Shown here in pieces: positions 1 through 7,845 of a stretch of 14,947 nt of DNA. Within the stretch, counting starts at the first letter, position 1, and each line of letters starts with the position of its first letter. Source of the DNA: Candidatus Hermodarchaeota archaeon (lineage in GTDB: Archaea; Asgardarchaeota; Lokiarchaeia; Sigyniarchaeales; SOKP01). The stretch covers positions 1 to 14,947 of the forward strand of contig JBHLLG010000066.1 in the NCBI GenBank assembly GCA_048885925.1. Direction: 5' to 3'. The translations under genes and the position numbers were made by a program. The notes under the pieces were generated by a model, which saw only the letters and a list, made by a program, of their open reading frames with translations, made no database searches and was not told the origin of the DNA.

Positions 1-209
1 GCGACAAATGTAACTCTTTCTATATTCATGTTTCTATCCTCTTCTGTAAAGCCAAGATCCCTTGTTAAACTTTTACGGACAATATCCCCATCAAGTCTTT
101 CTACTTTCATGCCTTTTGACTTTAATTCTTCTGCAACAACATCTGCAAGTTCTGATTTACCTGAACAAGGTAATCCTGTAAACCATAATGTAAATCCTTT
201 ATGTTCCAT
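1..209 (-). CDS. cysC: Adenylyl-sulfate (APS) kinase, 5' part (runs off the window edge)
   Basis: Not in the ORF track. Manual translation from ATG at 209: MEHKGFTLWFTGLPCSGKSELADVVAEELKSKGMKVERLDGDIVRKSLTRDLGFTEEDRNMNIERVTFVA. It has the WFTGLxxSGKS P-loop, LDGD and DLGFxxEDR motifs of APS kinases and lies in the same operon as sat. Confidence 0.96.
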   Translation of the reverse strand, partial: MEHKGFTLWFTGLPCSGKSELADVVAEELKSKGMKVERLDGDIVRKSLTRDLGFTEEDRNMNIERVTFV

Positions 210-221
210 TTTTACTTTTTT

Positions 222-228
222 ACTCCTT
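222..228 (-). promoter_or_regulatory. Shine-Dalgarno-like site for cysC
   Basis: The minus strand reads AAGGAGT about 12 nt upstream of ATG 209, in the short gap after the upstream stop codon. Confidence 0.55.
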
Positions 229-230
229 TT

Positions 231-1616
231 TTAAAAATGTATTACATTTCCTTCCATATCAATAGGAATATCCACTCCTAAAATTTTTAAAGAAGTTGGG
301 GCTATATCAAGTATATTTTTAATTCCTAAATTTTTCCCTGATTTTTTCATTGGATCATAGATAATATATATACCAAACCAATCATGAACTGCATCATCAG
401 GCCCAGTATCATTTTCATCCAAGTACATTGAATCATATCCAACTGATCCTGCAGATCTCCAATTTAAATCATCAAAATAAATCATCAAATCTGGTGCATC
501 TCCATTTATAACTTCAAAAATTTCTTCAGGTTTATAAATAATATTGTTCATATAATTACCCTTATCATCCTTAATGGATTTCAACTTTTCAATTACTTTC
601 TCCCTCATCTCGTCAAAATTTTCACTTTTTATAATACCCTGGGGTTCTCTTCCTTTAACATTTAAAAAGATTCTTGCGTAATAACCTCCCCATCCCCAAG
701 CGTAAGTGTTTTCCCAATCAATAGCAGCATCATTTAATCGAGTTCCTGGTTCTGGTTTAGATTTAAACTTTAACAACCCTAAACTTTCAAGAGCCATATT
801 AATGCAAATTAATCCTTTCATTGCTTTTGCACCATGATCAGATACAATCATTATTATAGTATCTTTATCAACTAAATCTAATATTTCTCCAATTTCTCGA
901 TCTAAATATTGATAATAATTCCTCATTTCTGCTTCAAATTTATTGCTTGGTTCATATTTTTTGTGACTTTTATCATAATACTTCCAAAACCCATGGTGCA
1001 ATCTATCCAATCCTATAATTACGAATTTAAAGTAATCCCACCTCTTGTTTCTTATTAAATATTTAACGGTTTTGAACTGAACTTTCGTCATTTCATAAAT
1101 TTCTTTCAATAAAATATTTTTATCTTCAACTCTAAAGTTAACATCAAACTTATATTCACCAATATGAACTTTAATCTCATCTTTCAATTCTGGAGGATAT
1201 GTATAATTTGAGTTTATACCTGGTGTAATAAAACCAGAAACGAGATAACCATTTATTGGATTAACTGGATAAGTTGGCGGAATTCCTAAGATACATGATT
1301 TTAATCCCTTTTCAGCTATTATCTCCCATATTTTTGGTTCTTTTATTTTATATGAGTTTGTGATCCAAAAATCATCATAAGAATTGTTCTTTCTATGCCT
1401 AAATCCATATAATCCTAATTTTCCAGCCTTTTTTCCCGTAGACATAACCATCCAAGCAGGAATAGTAATTGGAGGATGGCAGCTTCTTAATTTTCCATAA
1501 ACACCATGTTTTATCATTCTTTTTATGTTAGGACAATGCTCTAAGAAATCCTCAAATATAGCTTTAGGTGTAGCACAGTCTAATCCTATGACAATTAGTC
1601 TCTTTTTATTTCCCAT
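231..1616 (-). CDS. Alkaline phosphatase superfamily protein (type I phosphodiesterase/nucleotide pyrophosphatase-like, COG3379-type)
   Basis: Metal and catalytic motifs IGLDCA, PPITIPAW (Thr nucleophile position), DRLHH, VSDHG, APDL, DDAVH and the C-terminal ILDIAPT...DMEG. The start is probably MGNKKRL (1616); the ORF track start at 1631 is also possible. Confidence 0.9.
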   Translation of the reverse strand: MGNKKRLIVIGLDCATPKAIFEDFLEHCPNIKRMIKHGVYGKLRSCHPPITIPAWMVMSTGKKAGKLGLYGFRHRKNNSYDDFWITNSYKIKEPKIWEIIAEKGLKSCILGIPPTYPVNPINGYLVSGFITPGINSNYTYPPELKDEIKVHIGEYKFDVNFRVEDKNILLKEIYEMTKVQFKTVKYLIRNKRWDYFKFVIIGLDRLHHGFWKYYDKSHKKYEPSNKFEAEMRNYYQYLDREIGEILDLVDKDTIIMIVSDHGAKAMKGLICINMALESLGLLKFKSKPEPGTRLNDAAIDWENTYAWGWGGYYARIFLNVKGREPQGIIKSENFDEMREKVIEKLKSIKDDKGNYMNNIIYKPEEIFEVINGDAPDLMIYFDDLNWRSAGSVGYDSMYLDENDTGPDDAVHDWFGIYIIYDPMKKSGKNLGIKNILDIAPTSLKILGVDIPIDMEGNVIHF

Positions 1617-1658
1617 AATAACTATAATCAATTATTTTGACAAAATTAGCTGATAAAT

Positions 1659-2807
1659 TTAAGATACAAATGGATTTTTGTATTGTAAAATTATTTTTGC
1701 GACTTCAGGTCTCATAACTTCTGGATCAGGTAATTTTCCTGATTTTATTGCATCTCTAATGTCCGTTCCCGCAAAGTAATTTTGCATCTCTGGAGGATGT
1801 GGACATATCTTATCATTGACCACAGAACCACATTTGCTACATTTCGAAAATGATCTGAACTTAATAGGTTTTATACCCAAATCAGGAAAATTATCAAAAA
1901 TTTTATGAGCATCATAAGGACCATAATAATTACCTAATCCAGCATGATCACGGCCAATAATTATATGATCACACCCAAAATTTTTCCTTGTTATTGCATG
2001 AAAAATTGCTTCTTTAGGCCCTGCATATCTCATCTCAGTTTCAAATGTACTTAGAACAACTCTATCTTGTGGATAATATTCATTTATTAGTGCTTGATAA
2101 CTCTTTATAATAACCTCATCTAAAAAATCACCAGACTTTTTCTTCCCTATTACTGGATTAATGAATAAACCATCCACATATGTTAATCCTGCTTTTTGAA
2201 CATACTCATGACCCATATGAGGAGGATTTCTAGTCTGAAAAGCTACAACACTGTCCCACTTTTTTTCTTTAAATAACACCCGAGTTTCTACTGGTTTGAG
2301 ATCTAAATCAGGAAATGTTGCCATTGGTTCATTTATCAAATAAATTTCCCCTCCAATCATTTTTTTTTTATAATTAATAACACTCTCTACTCCGGGATGA
2401 TTTTCATCTATAGTTCCATAGATTTTCTTAGCATATTCCATTTTGTCATAATCATATATATCTTCTATATTCATAAGAGCAATATTTGTATAATTATGAT
2501 CTATCAAAATTATATGATCATCTACTTTAAGATCCTTTAATTTTTCTTCAGATACATCTAAAGTAATCGGAATAGGCCAAGCAACATTATTTTCTAAATA
2601 CTGATGTTCTAGAACAAATCGGTAGTTATTTTCATTCATAAATCCTTCTAATGGGCTAAATACTCCAAAAGATATGTTTTTAACAACTCTAATTGTTTCG
2701 GGATTTAATATTATTTTTTCAAATTCACTGGCTTCATCCAAAATTCGCTCCTTTTCAAACTTTGGTAATACTTTATTAACTAGTGTCCCCCCATGTGGCT
2801 TAATCAT
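1659..2807 (-). CDS. sat: Sulfate adenylyltransferase (ATP sulfurylase, homo-oligomeric Sat type)
   Basis: N-terminal PHGGTLV, FSPLEGFM, WPIPITL, FQTRNPPHMGH (QxRN/HxxH), MRYAGPKEAIFHA, RKNFGC, GRDHAG and MRPEV. Confidence 0.97.
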   Translation of the reverse strand: MIKPHGGTLVNKVLPKFEKERILDEASEFEKIILNPETIRVVKNISFGVFSPLEGFMNENNYRFVLEHQYLENNVAWPIPITLDVSEEKLKDLKVDDHIILIDHNYTNIALMNIEDIYDYDKMEYAKKIYGTIDENHPGVESVINYKKKMIGGEIYLINEPMATFPDLDLKPVETRVLFKEKKWDSVVAFQTRNPPHMGHEYVQKAGLTYVDGLFINPVIGKKKSGDFLDEVIIKSYQALINEYYPQDRVVLSTFETEMRYAGPKEAIFHAITRKNFGCDHIIIGRDHAGLGNYYGPYDAHKIFDNFPDLGIKPIKFRSFSKCSKCGSVVNDKICPHPPEMQNYFAGTDIRDAIKSGKLPDPEVMRPEVAKIILQYKNPFVS

Positions 2808-2812
2808 ATAGA

Positions 2813-2817
2813 TCCTC
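2813..2817 (-). promoter_or_regulatory. Shine-Dalgarno-like site for sat
   Basis: The minus strand reads GAGGA 5 nt upstream of ATG 2807, within a 22-nt intergenic gap. Confidence 0.6.
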
Positions 2818-2829
2818 GTTTTTTATAAA

Positions 2830-3072
2830 TCAATCAATATATCCTAAATCTCTTAGACGTTGTTTTACCTTTTCTTCTTCTTCCTTTGTAAAAGCTTGTT
2901 TCTCCCTTTCTTCTTGTTCAATTGAAGAAAGTACTTGTCTTAAAACGTAAGTTACATAAGCACTAACTGAAGCAAAACCAGTTCCCTTCATTCTATCTTT
3001 TATTTTTTCAGCTAATGGCTTTGGGATTGAAACTGTTGTATAATCAACCTTATATTCGTCATTTTCGGACAT
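2830..3072 (-). CDS. CopG/ribbon-helix-helix family transcriptional regulator with a C-terminal RLxxLGY tail
   Basis: YTTVSIP (ribbon), KPLAEKIKDRM (helix A), GF-ASVSAYVTYVLRQVL (turn and helix B). It is the first gene of the sat operon. Confidence 0.82.
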   Translation of the reverse strand: MSENDEYKVDYTTVSIPKPLAEKIKDRMKGTGFASVSAYVTYVLRQVLSSIEQEEREKQAFTKEEEEKVKQRLRDLGYID

Positions 3073-3076
3073 AATT

Positions 3077-3115
3077 ATGTAATGATATATAATTACATTT
3101 AATTACATTTAATTA
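3077..3115. repeat. Direct plus inverted repeat array upstream of the RHH gene (candidate operator)
   Basis: AATTACATTT occurs twice in tandem (3091-3110), followed by a partial third copy AATTA. ATGTAAT (3077-3083) is the inverted partner of ATTACAT (3092-3098). Confidence 0.6.
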
Positions 3116-3120
3116 TACTT

Positions 3121-3128
3121 TATTTAAA
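3121..3128 (-). promoter_or_regulatory. Candidate archaeal-type TATA box for the RHH-sat operon
   Basis: The minus strand reads TTTAAATA about 50 nt upstream of ATG 3072. Weak evidence given the AT-rich background. Confidence 0.35.
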
Positions 3129-3231
3129 AATGATTTTATTATGGTTTTTTCTACTTTTCAGGTTTAAGAATATAGCTATAAATTAATGTTCTTTAGTTGG
3201 AAATTAGGTAGAAAGACATAATTTCGTTTGT

Positions 3232-4326
3232 TTATTTAAATTCTTTTTTAATTATATCCACTATTCTTTTTGCTGTTTGGCCGTCCCATTTTTCTATTTC
3301 ATGGCCTTCTTTATAAGAATTTGATAAAATTTTATTAACATACATTTTAATCTTCTCGAGATCTTTGTCTACAATAGTATTGGTTCCTTTTTCAACTGTT
3401 ATAGGTCTTTCTGTATTTTCACGTATAGTTAAAACAGGTATTTTAAGATATGATGCTTCTTCTTGTATGCCTCCTGAATCTGTTAAAATAAATTTGGAAT
3501 TATGCATTAAATTTAAAAATTCCAAGAAGCCAATTGGTTCATTAATAATAATATTTGATTTTTTAATATCAGACATTAAATTAAATTTTTCTAAATTTTT
3601 TTTGGTTCTAGGATGAATAGGAAAAAATATTTTTACTTTTTCTTGAATAAAATTCAAAATTTCAACAATATTTTCTAAATCTTCTTTACTATCTACATTT
3701 GAAGGTCTATGACACGTTATTAAAGCATAATCTTTAGGTAGTAATTCAAAGTTTTTTAAAATTTCAAGATTCTTTGCTTTTTCTAAATTCATCAATAAAT
3801 TATCAATCATTATATTCCCTACAAAATATATTTTTTCGGGAGGGATCCCTTCTTTTCTCAAGTTTATCTCAGCATCTCTTTCGCTTGTAAATAAATAATC
3901 TGACAATTGATCTGTTAAAATTCTATTAATTTCTTCAGGCATTCTAAAATCGAAGCTTCTCAATCCTGCTTCTACATGAGCAACTTTAATAAAAAGTTTT
4001 TTAGCAACCAATGCACAAGCAATTGTAGAATTAACATCTCCGACTACTATAACTAACATTGGTGGTTTATTTAATATAACTTTTTCAAATTCAATCATTA
4101 TTTTTGCGGTTTGAATAGCATGGGATGCGGAGCCAACATTTAAATGAATCTCAGGTTCTGGGATTCCTAATTTATCGAAAAAAACTTTTGACATATTATA
4201 ATCATAATGTTGTCCTGTGTGGACAATTTCAAAATTAATCTTTTCTTTAAGAAATTCCCTAATTAAAGGAGCAATTTTCATAAAGTTCGGTCTTGCACCA
4301 GCAACTAGATAAATTAAATTACTCAT
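3232..4326 (-). CDS. wecB: UDP-N-acetylglucosamine 2-epimerase (non-hydrolysing)
   Basis: GARPNFMK, HTGQHYD, VVGDVNST, HVEAGLRS, MPEEINR, HRPSNVD, IHPRT, TDSGGIQEEA and TERP. Confidence 0.94.
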   Translation of the reverse strand: MSNLIYLVAGARPNFMKIAPLIREFLKEKINFEIVHTGQHYDYNMSKVFFDKLGIPEPEIHLNVGSASHAIQTAKIMIEFEKVILNKPPMLVIVVGDVNSTIACALVAKKLFIKVAHVEAGLRSFDFRMPEEINRILTDQLSDYLFTSERDAEINLRKEGIPPEKIYFVGNIMIDNLLMNLEKAKNLEILKNFELLPKDYALITCHRPSNVDSKEDLENIVEILNFIQEKVKIFFPIHPRTKKNLEKFNLMSDIKKSNIIINEPIGFLEFLNLMHNSKFILTDSGGIQEEASYLKIPVLTIRENTERPITVEKGTNTIVDKDLEKIKMYVNKILSNSYKEGHEIEKWDGQTAKRIVDIIKKEFK

Positions 4327-4425
4327 ATTTTTATCAATTTTCTAAAAATTATTTTTTAAATAAAAGAAAATTAAAATTAATTAAAATTTAATCATCTAAA
4401 TTAATTTAAAATTAGAAGAAATATT

Positions 4426-4437
4426 TTTTATATAAAA
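4426..4437. promoter_or_regulatory. Palindromic TATA-like element in the divergent wecB / heparinase-like intergenic region
   Basis: Perfect palindrome TTTTATATAAAA, preceded by purine-rich GAAGAAA (BRE-like), about 35-45 nt upstream of ATG 4471. Confidence 0.35.
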
Positions 4438-4470
4438 TTATTGAGATTTTTCTTAATAGAGAATTAGCTC

Positions 4471-6498
4471 ATGAGTTCTTTTCATACTTTACGATTTTTT
4501 AAGATTTCTAATTATGTTGGAAGAGTAAAGAATATAATTCTCAAATTACTTTATGCTAAATTTTTTAAAAAAAGACGAGAAGTTATAAGAAATCCCTATG
4601 CTATTGAAAAGTTGATTAGAAAAGTGCTAAAGGCTTTAAATATAGAAGATATTCGTAATAAATTCTTCAAAAATAATATTTTTGCTTATTCAAAGATTAG
4701 TGAAAGAGAAAATTTAATCGAATATATTAAAAATAAGTGCCCTGTGGAATTAGAAAAATATTTAAAATATGCTGAAGAAATTATTGAAGGAAAATTTAGA
4801 ATATTTGAAAGAATTGTTAATTTCAAAGAAAAAATTAATTGGCACTATAGTTTTTTTGATAATTATAATTGGGATTTAGTAAAAGCAGAAAAAGTGAATA
4901 AGCACCCTAAAAATAAAAATATTGATATAAAATACGTATGGGAATTAAATAAACATCAATTTCTCCCTTACTTAGGATTTGCTTATTTTTATACAGGTAA
5001 TAAGAAATATGCAATAATATTTAAGAATATCATAAATGATTGGATACAAAAAAATCCTCCATTATATGGAGTAAATTGGCATTCAGGATTAGAAATATCT
5101 ATTCGATTGATTTCATGGATATATGCCCTCATGTTTTTCAATTCTTCAAAAGAAATTAACAATAATGCCTTTTTCAAGAAAATTTTTAAATCTATGTTTC
5201 TTCACGCATACTTTTTGAGATATTTTTATAGCAAAAAATCATATAACCATACTATCGGTGATATTTTTGGAGTATATATATTTTCAAGAGCTTTCGATAA
5301 GATTAATATCTTCAAGAAATGGGAAAAGAAGTTCTTTAAGTTATTTACTAGCCAAATTCATAGACAAACAAGACCTGATGGGACGCATATAGAACAATCA
5401 GTTAATTACCATAGATTCGTTCTCGAATTCTTTGCTTTATTTCTTATATTAAATCGGAAAATGAATATCAGCAAAACAAGTCTCCTTATTGAGAAAATGT
5501 TTGATTATTTATTAATGCTTATGAAACCTAATGGCACTTTTCCTTTAATAGGTGATAGCGATGACGCAACTGTTCTTCTATTAAATAATTATAATAATAC
5601 TCAATTTAATAATTTATTAAATTTAGGAGTGATTCTATTTAAAAGAGGAGATTTAAAATATATCTCAAAAGCAATATCACCTATTTCAATTCTATTATTA
5701 GGTTCAAAAGGATATGAAACTTTCGAAAATACTGCAATAAGAGAGCCTAATAAGACGATGCAATATTTTCAAAATGCAGGATATTTTGTAAAAAAACAAA
5801 ATTGGTCTAATGAGGCAAATTACATATTTGTCGATTTCGGTGAATTTGGACCAAATTATGCTTCTCATTGTCATAGTGATATTACAAATATTATATTTTG
5901 CTATAAAGGGAAAAATATTTTAATTGATTCCGGTACATATAGCTACAATAAATCTTGGAAAGAAAGAAATTTATTTCGTAGTAGCAAATCACATAATATT
6001 TTAACTGTCAATAATAAAAATCAAGCAGATATCATAGATTGGTTTGCATGGGAAAATAAACCAAAAGTTAAACGTTCATTCAAAAAGATTAATGATAAAC
6101 TAGAAATAATTTGTTCTCATAATAGTTTTAAAGGATTTTTAGTAGAAAGAAAACTGATCTTTAATAATATTATCTCTAATTTATTCATTGAGGATAAAGT
6201 AATTCCGTTGAATCATGGAAAAAATAAGAATTTTAATATTAGTATTTATTTCCATTTTGACAATAAGACAACAATTAGGAAAAAAAATAGTAATATTATT
6301 ATTGATGATGAATTAGGAATTGAGATATCATCTAAAAACAAATTTAATATAACTATTGAAAAATTCCATTATTCACCTTCTTATGGAGTTCTAGAGGATT
6401 CTTGTATGTTAAATATTCAGTTAAAAAAGGAAATAAATAATAAAGATTGGATTAAGATAATAACAAATATATATCCTTTTGATCATTCTATTTCTTAA
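4471..6498 (+). CDS. Heparinase II/III family protein (polysaccharide lyase-like, biosynthesis-cluster type)
   Basis: KYVWELNKHQ, WIQKNPP..GVNW, NH, EQSVNYH, IGDSD, SHCHSD, IDSGTYSY and FRSSKSHN motifs typical of Hepar_II_III_N + Hepar_II_III proteins. No evident signal peptide. Confidence 0.88.
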   Translation: MSSFHTLRFFKISNYVGRVKNIILKLLYAKFFKKRREVIRNPYAIEKLIRKVLKALNIEDIRNKFFKNNIFAYSKISERENLIEYIKNKCPVELEKYLKYAEEIIEGKFRIFERIVNFKEKINWHYSFFDNYNWDLVKAEKVNKHPKNKNIDIKYVWELNKHQFLPYLGFAYFYTGNKKYAIIFKNIINDWIQKNPPLYGVNWHSGLEISIRLISWIYALMFFNSSKEINNNAFFKKIFKSMFLHAYFLRYFYSKKSYNHTIGDIFGVYIFSRAFDKINIFKKWEKKFFKLFTSQIHRQTRPDGTHIEQSVNYHRFVLEFFALFLILNRKMNISKTSLLIEKMFDYLLMLMKPNGTFPLIGDSDDATVLLLNNYNNTQFNNLLNLGVILFKRGDLKYISKAISPISILLLGSKGYETFENTAIREPNKTMQYFQNAGYFVKKQNWSNEANYIFVDFGEFGPNYASHCHSDITNIIFCYKGKNILIDSGTYSYNKSWKERNLFRSSKSHNILTVNNKNQADIIDWFAWENKPKVKRSFKKINDKLEIICSHNSFKGFLVERKLIFNNIISNLFIEDKVIPLNHGKNKNFNISIYFHFDNKTTIRKKNSNIIIDDELGIEISSKNKFNITIEKFHYSPSYGVLEDSCMLNIQLKKEINNKDWIKIITNIYPFDHSIS

Positions 6499-6671
6499 TA
6501 AATCCAATTATTTGAAAAACATCATTATTTTTTCAGTTATATTTTAAAGAAGATTATTAACTCTTGAATATCGATTTTATTTTTGAATTTAATAATAATA
6601 AAACAAACAAAATCAGACTAGTAATTAAATTAATCAGTCATTAAACGACGTGATATTTTCAATAATTTGAA

Positions 6672-7781
6672 TTATTTAATTTTAGGAATTTTCATAGAAG
6701 CAAGACCTACACTTCTTAAATCACGTTTATGACCTCCTAAATAAGCTGTCCATAATTTATTTTCTGAAGTGATCCAACAATTAGGTCCATAAAAAATTTC
6801 AGAATCCCATTCATCCTTTCCTCCTGAATTTAATATTGGTTCTGAAAGTTTATGCCATGATTTACCCCCATCATCTGAAAAAACAATGTATGTAGTTTCT
6901 TTATTATTAGGACTTTTCACCCTTAATCCTGTTATAATTATTCCATTTATGATAATACCTGCTTGTAATCTTGAAATTATCTTTCTTTTTCCTAACATTT
7001 CATCAGTAGTAATTTGTCCCCATTTATAGAATTTTTCTTCATAATCGTTTGATTGAATAGCTAATCCCGTATCATAATCAAAATGGCCAATTCCTTTAGC
7101 ACCATATAACATATGAAACCGATTATTCCATAAATAAACTTCAGGACAGTGGACATATTCCCGATCCCATTGACTTTTTTTACCTAAATCTAAAATAATT
7201 GTTGTTTTACCTTCGCTTTTATATTTTTTCCAATTTAAGCCATCTGAAGAATATGCCTTTCCAATTCTAGTTGTATTACCATCATGCATATCAAACCACA
7301 TATGGTATTTATCCTTATGATAAAGGACGCATGGATCAGCAACATATTGTTTATCAAAATCACCAACTTGTGAAGTGTATTTTAGAATGGGGTTACCTTC
7401 ATACTTTCTCCAAGGACCTGTGATTTTATTAGCTGTAGCAACACCTATTTGCCAATCCAAATGTTTACTATAAGTACGCGATTCATAATAAAGTAAATAT
7501 TTACTACCATTAAATATGATAAATGGTTCATAAATTCCGGCTTCATCCCATTCACGTGGATCTCCTCCTTTTAAAATAGGATTATTATCATATTTTTTTA
7601 GAGGTAATGCATTTTTGAAAGGAATAATTACATTTTTGTGGTTTGCTAAGTGTTTATTTAATAAAAGTTCTAATGAGAGTTCGTTTCGTAGACTATAAAC
7701 TTTATAGAACTTCTGTAATTTGAAATTAAACGAATTTAGGTAAAAAAAAAATTTCTGAAAATAAAATCGAAAATTTACCAT
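6672..7781 (-). CDS. Five-bladed beta-propeller glycoside hydrolase-like protein (GH32/43/130-like fold)
   Basis: Repeated blade motif KY.xNPIL...WD....P.V: KYDNNPIL..EWDEAGIYEP, KYEGNPIL..DFDKQYVADP, IILDLG..QWDREYVHCP and EPILNSG..EWDSEIFYGP. Also IGVATA, IGKAYS and VGLAS strands. Confidence 0.75.
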   Translation of the reverse strand: MVNFRFYFQKFFFYLNSFNFKLQKFYKVYSLRNELSLELLLNKHLANHKNVIIPFKNALPLKKYDNNPILKGGDPREWDEAGIYEPFIIFNGSKYLLYYESRTYSKHLDWQIGVATANKITGPWRKYEGNPILKYTSQVGDFDKQYVADPCVLYHKDKYHMWFDMHDGNTTRIGKAYSSDGLNWKKYKSEGKTTIILDLGKKSQWDREYVHCPEVYLWNNRFHMLYGAKGIGHFDYDTGLAIQSNDYEEKFYKWGQITTDEMLGKRKIISRLQAGIIINGIIITGLRVKSPNNKETTYIVFSDDGGKSWHKLSEPILNSGGKDEWDSEIFYGPNCWITSENKLWTAYLGGHKRDLRSVGLASMKIPKIK

Positions 7782-7845
7782 TATAAATCAAACCAAATAT
7801 TTTATATTAATAAGAGAGAAATTATTCTTTTTCTAATTTAGTTAT

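Noticed and set aside
28-234. 68-aa plus-strand ORF in the track
   Set aside because: Antisense shadow of the real cysC gene on the minus strand.
231-1616. AlkP protein as a formylglycine-dependent sulfatase
   Set aside because: It lacks the C/SxPxR signature and has the Thr-type PPITIPAW motif instead.
1659-2807. sat as evidence of dissimilatory sulfate reduction
   Set aside because: It is paired with APS kinase and glycan genes, and no aprAB, qmo or dsr genes are in the window.
3091-3115. Tandem repeat considered as CRISPR or iteron
   Set aside because: Only about 2.5 units of 10 bp, with no spacers and no cas or rep genes. Kept only as an operator candidate.
3171-3180. Palindrome TATAGCTATA between wecB and the RHH gene
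   Set aside because: Only 10 bp, seen once, with no terminator-like stem.
3365-3616. 83-aa plus-strand ORF
   Set aside because: Entirely antisense within wecB, with no recognisable motifs.
4327-4340. 14-nt match AAATTGATAAAAAT shared (inverted) with 8713-8726
   Set aside because: Nearly all A/T and differently oriented relative to the downstream genes, so likely chance. No transposase supports terminal inverted repeats.
4989-5177. 62-aa minus-strand ORF
   Set aside because: Antisense within the heparinase II/III-like gene.
7742-7751. 10-nt homopolymer near the 5' end of the propeller gene (another at 8079-8088) as phase-variation tracts
   Set aside because: An equal run occurs in conserved sat (2360-2369), all frames are intact, and A/T runs are expected at this composition.
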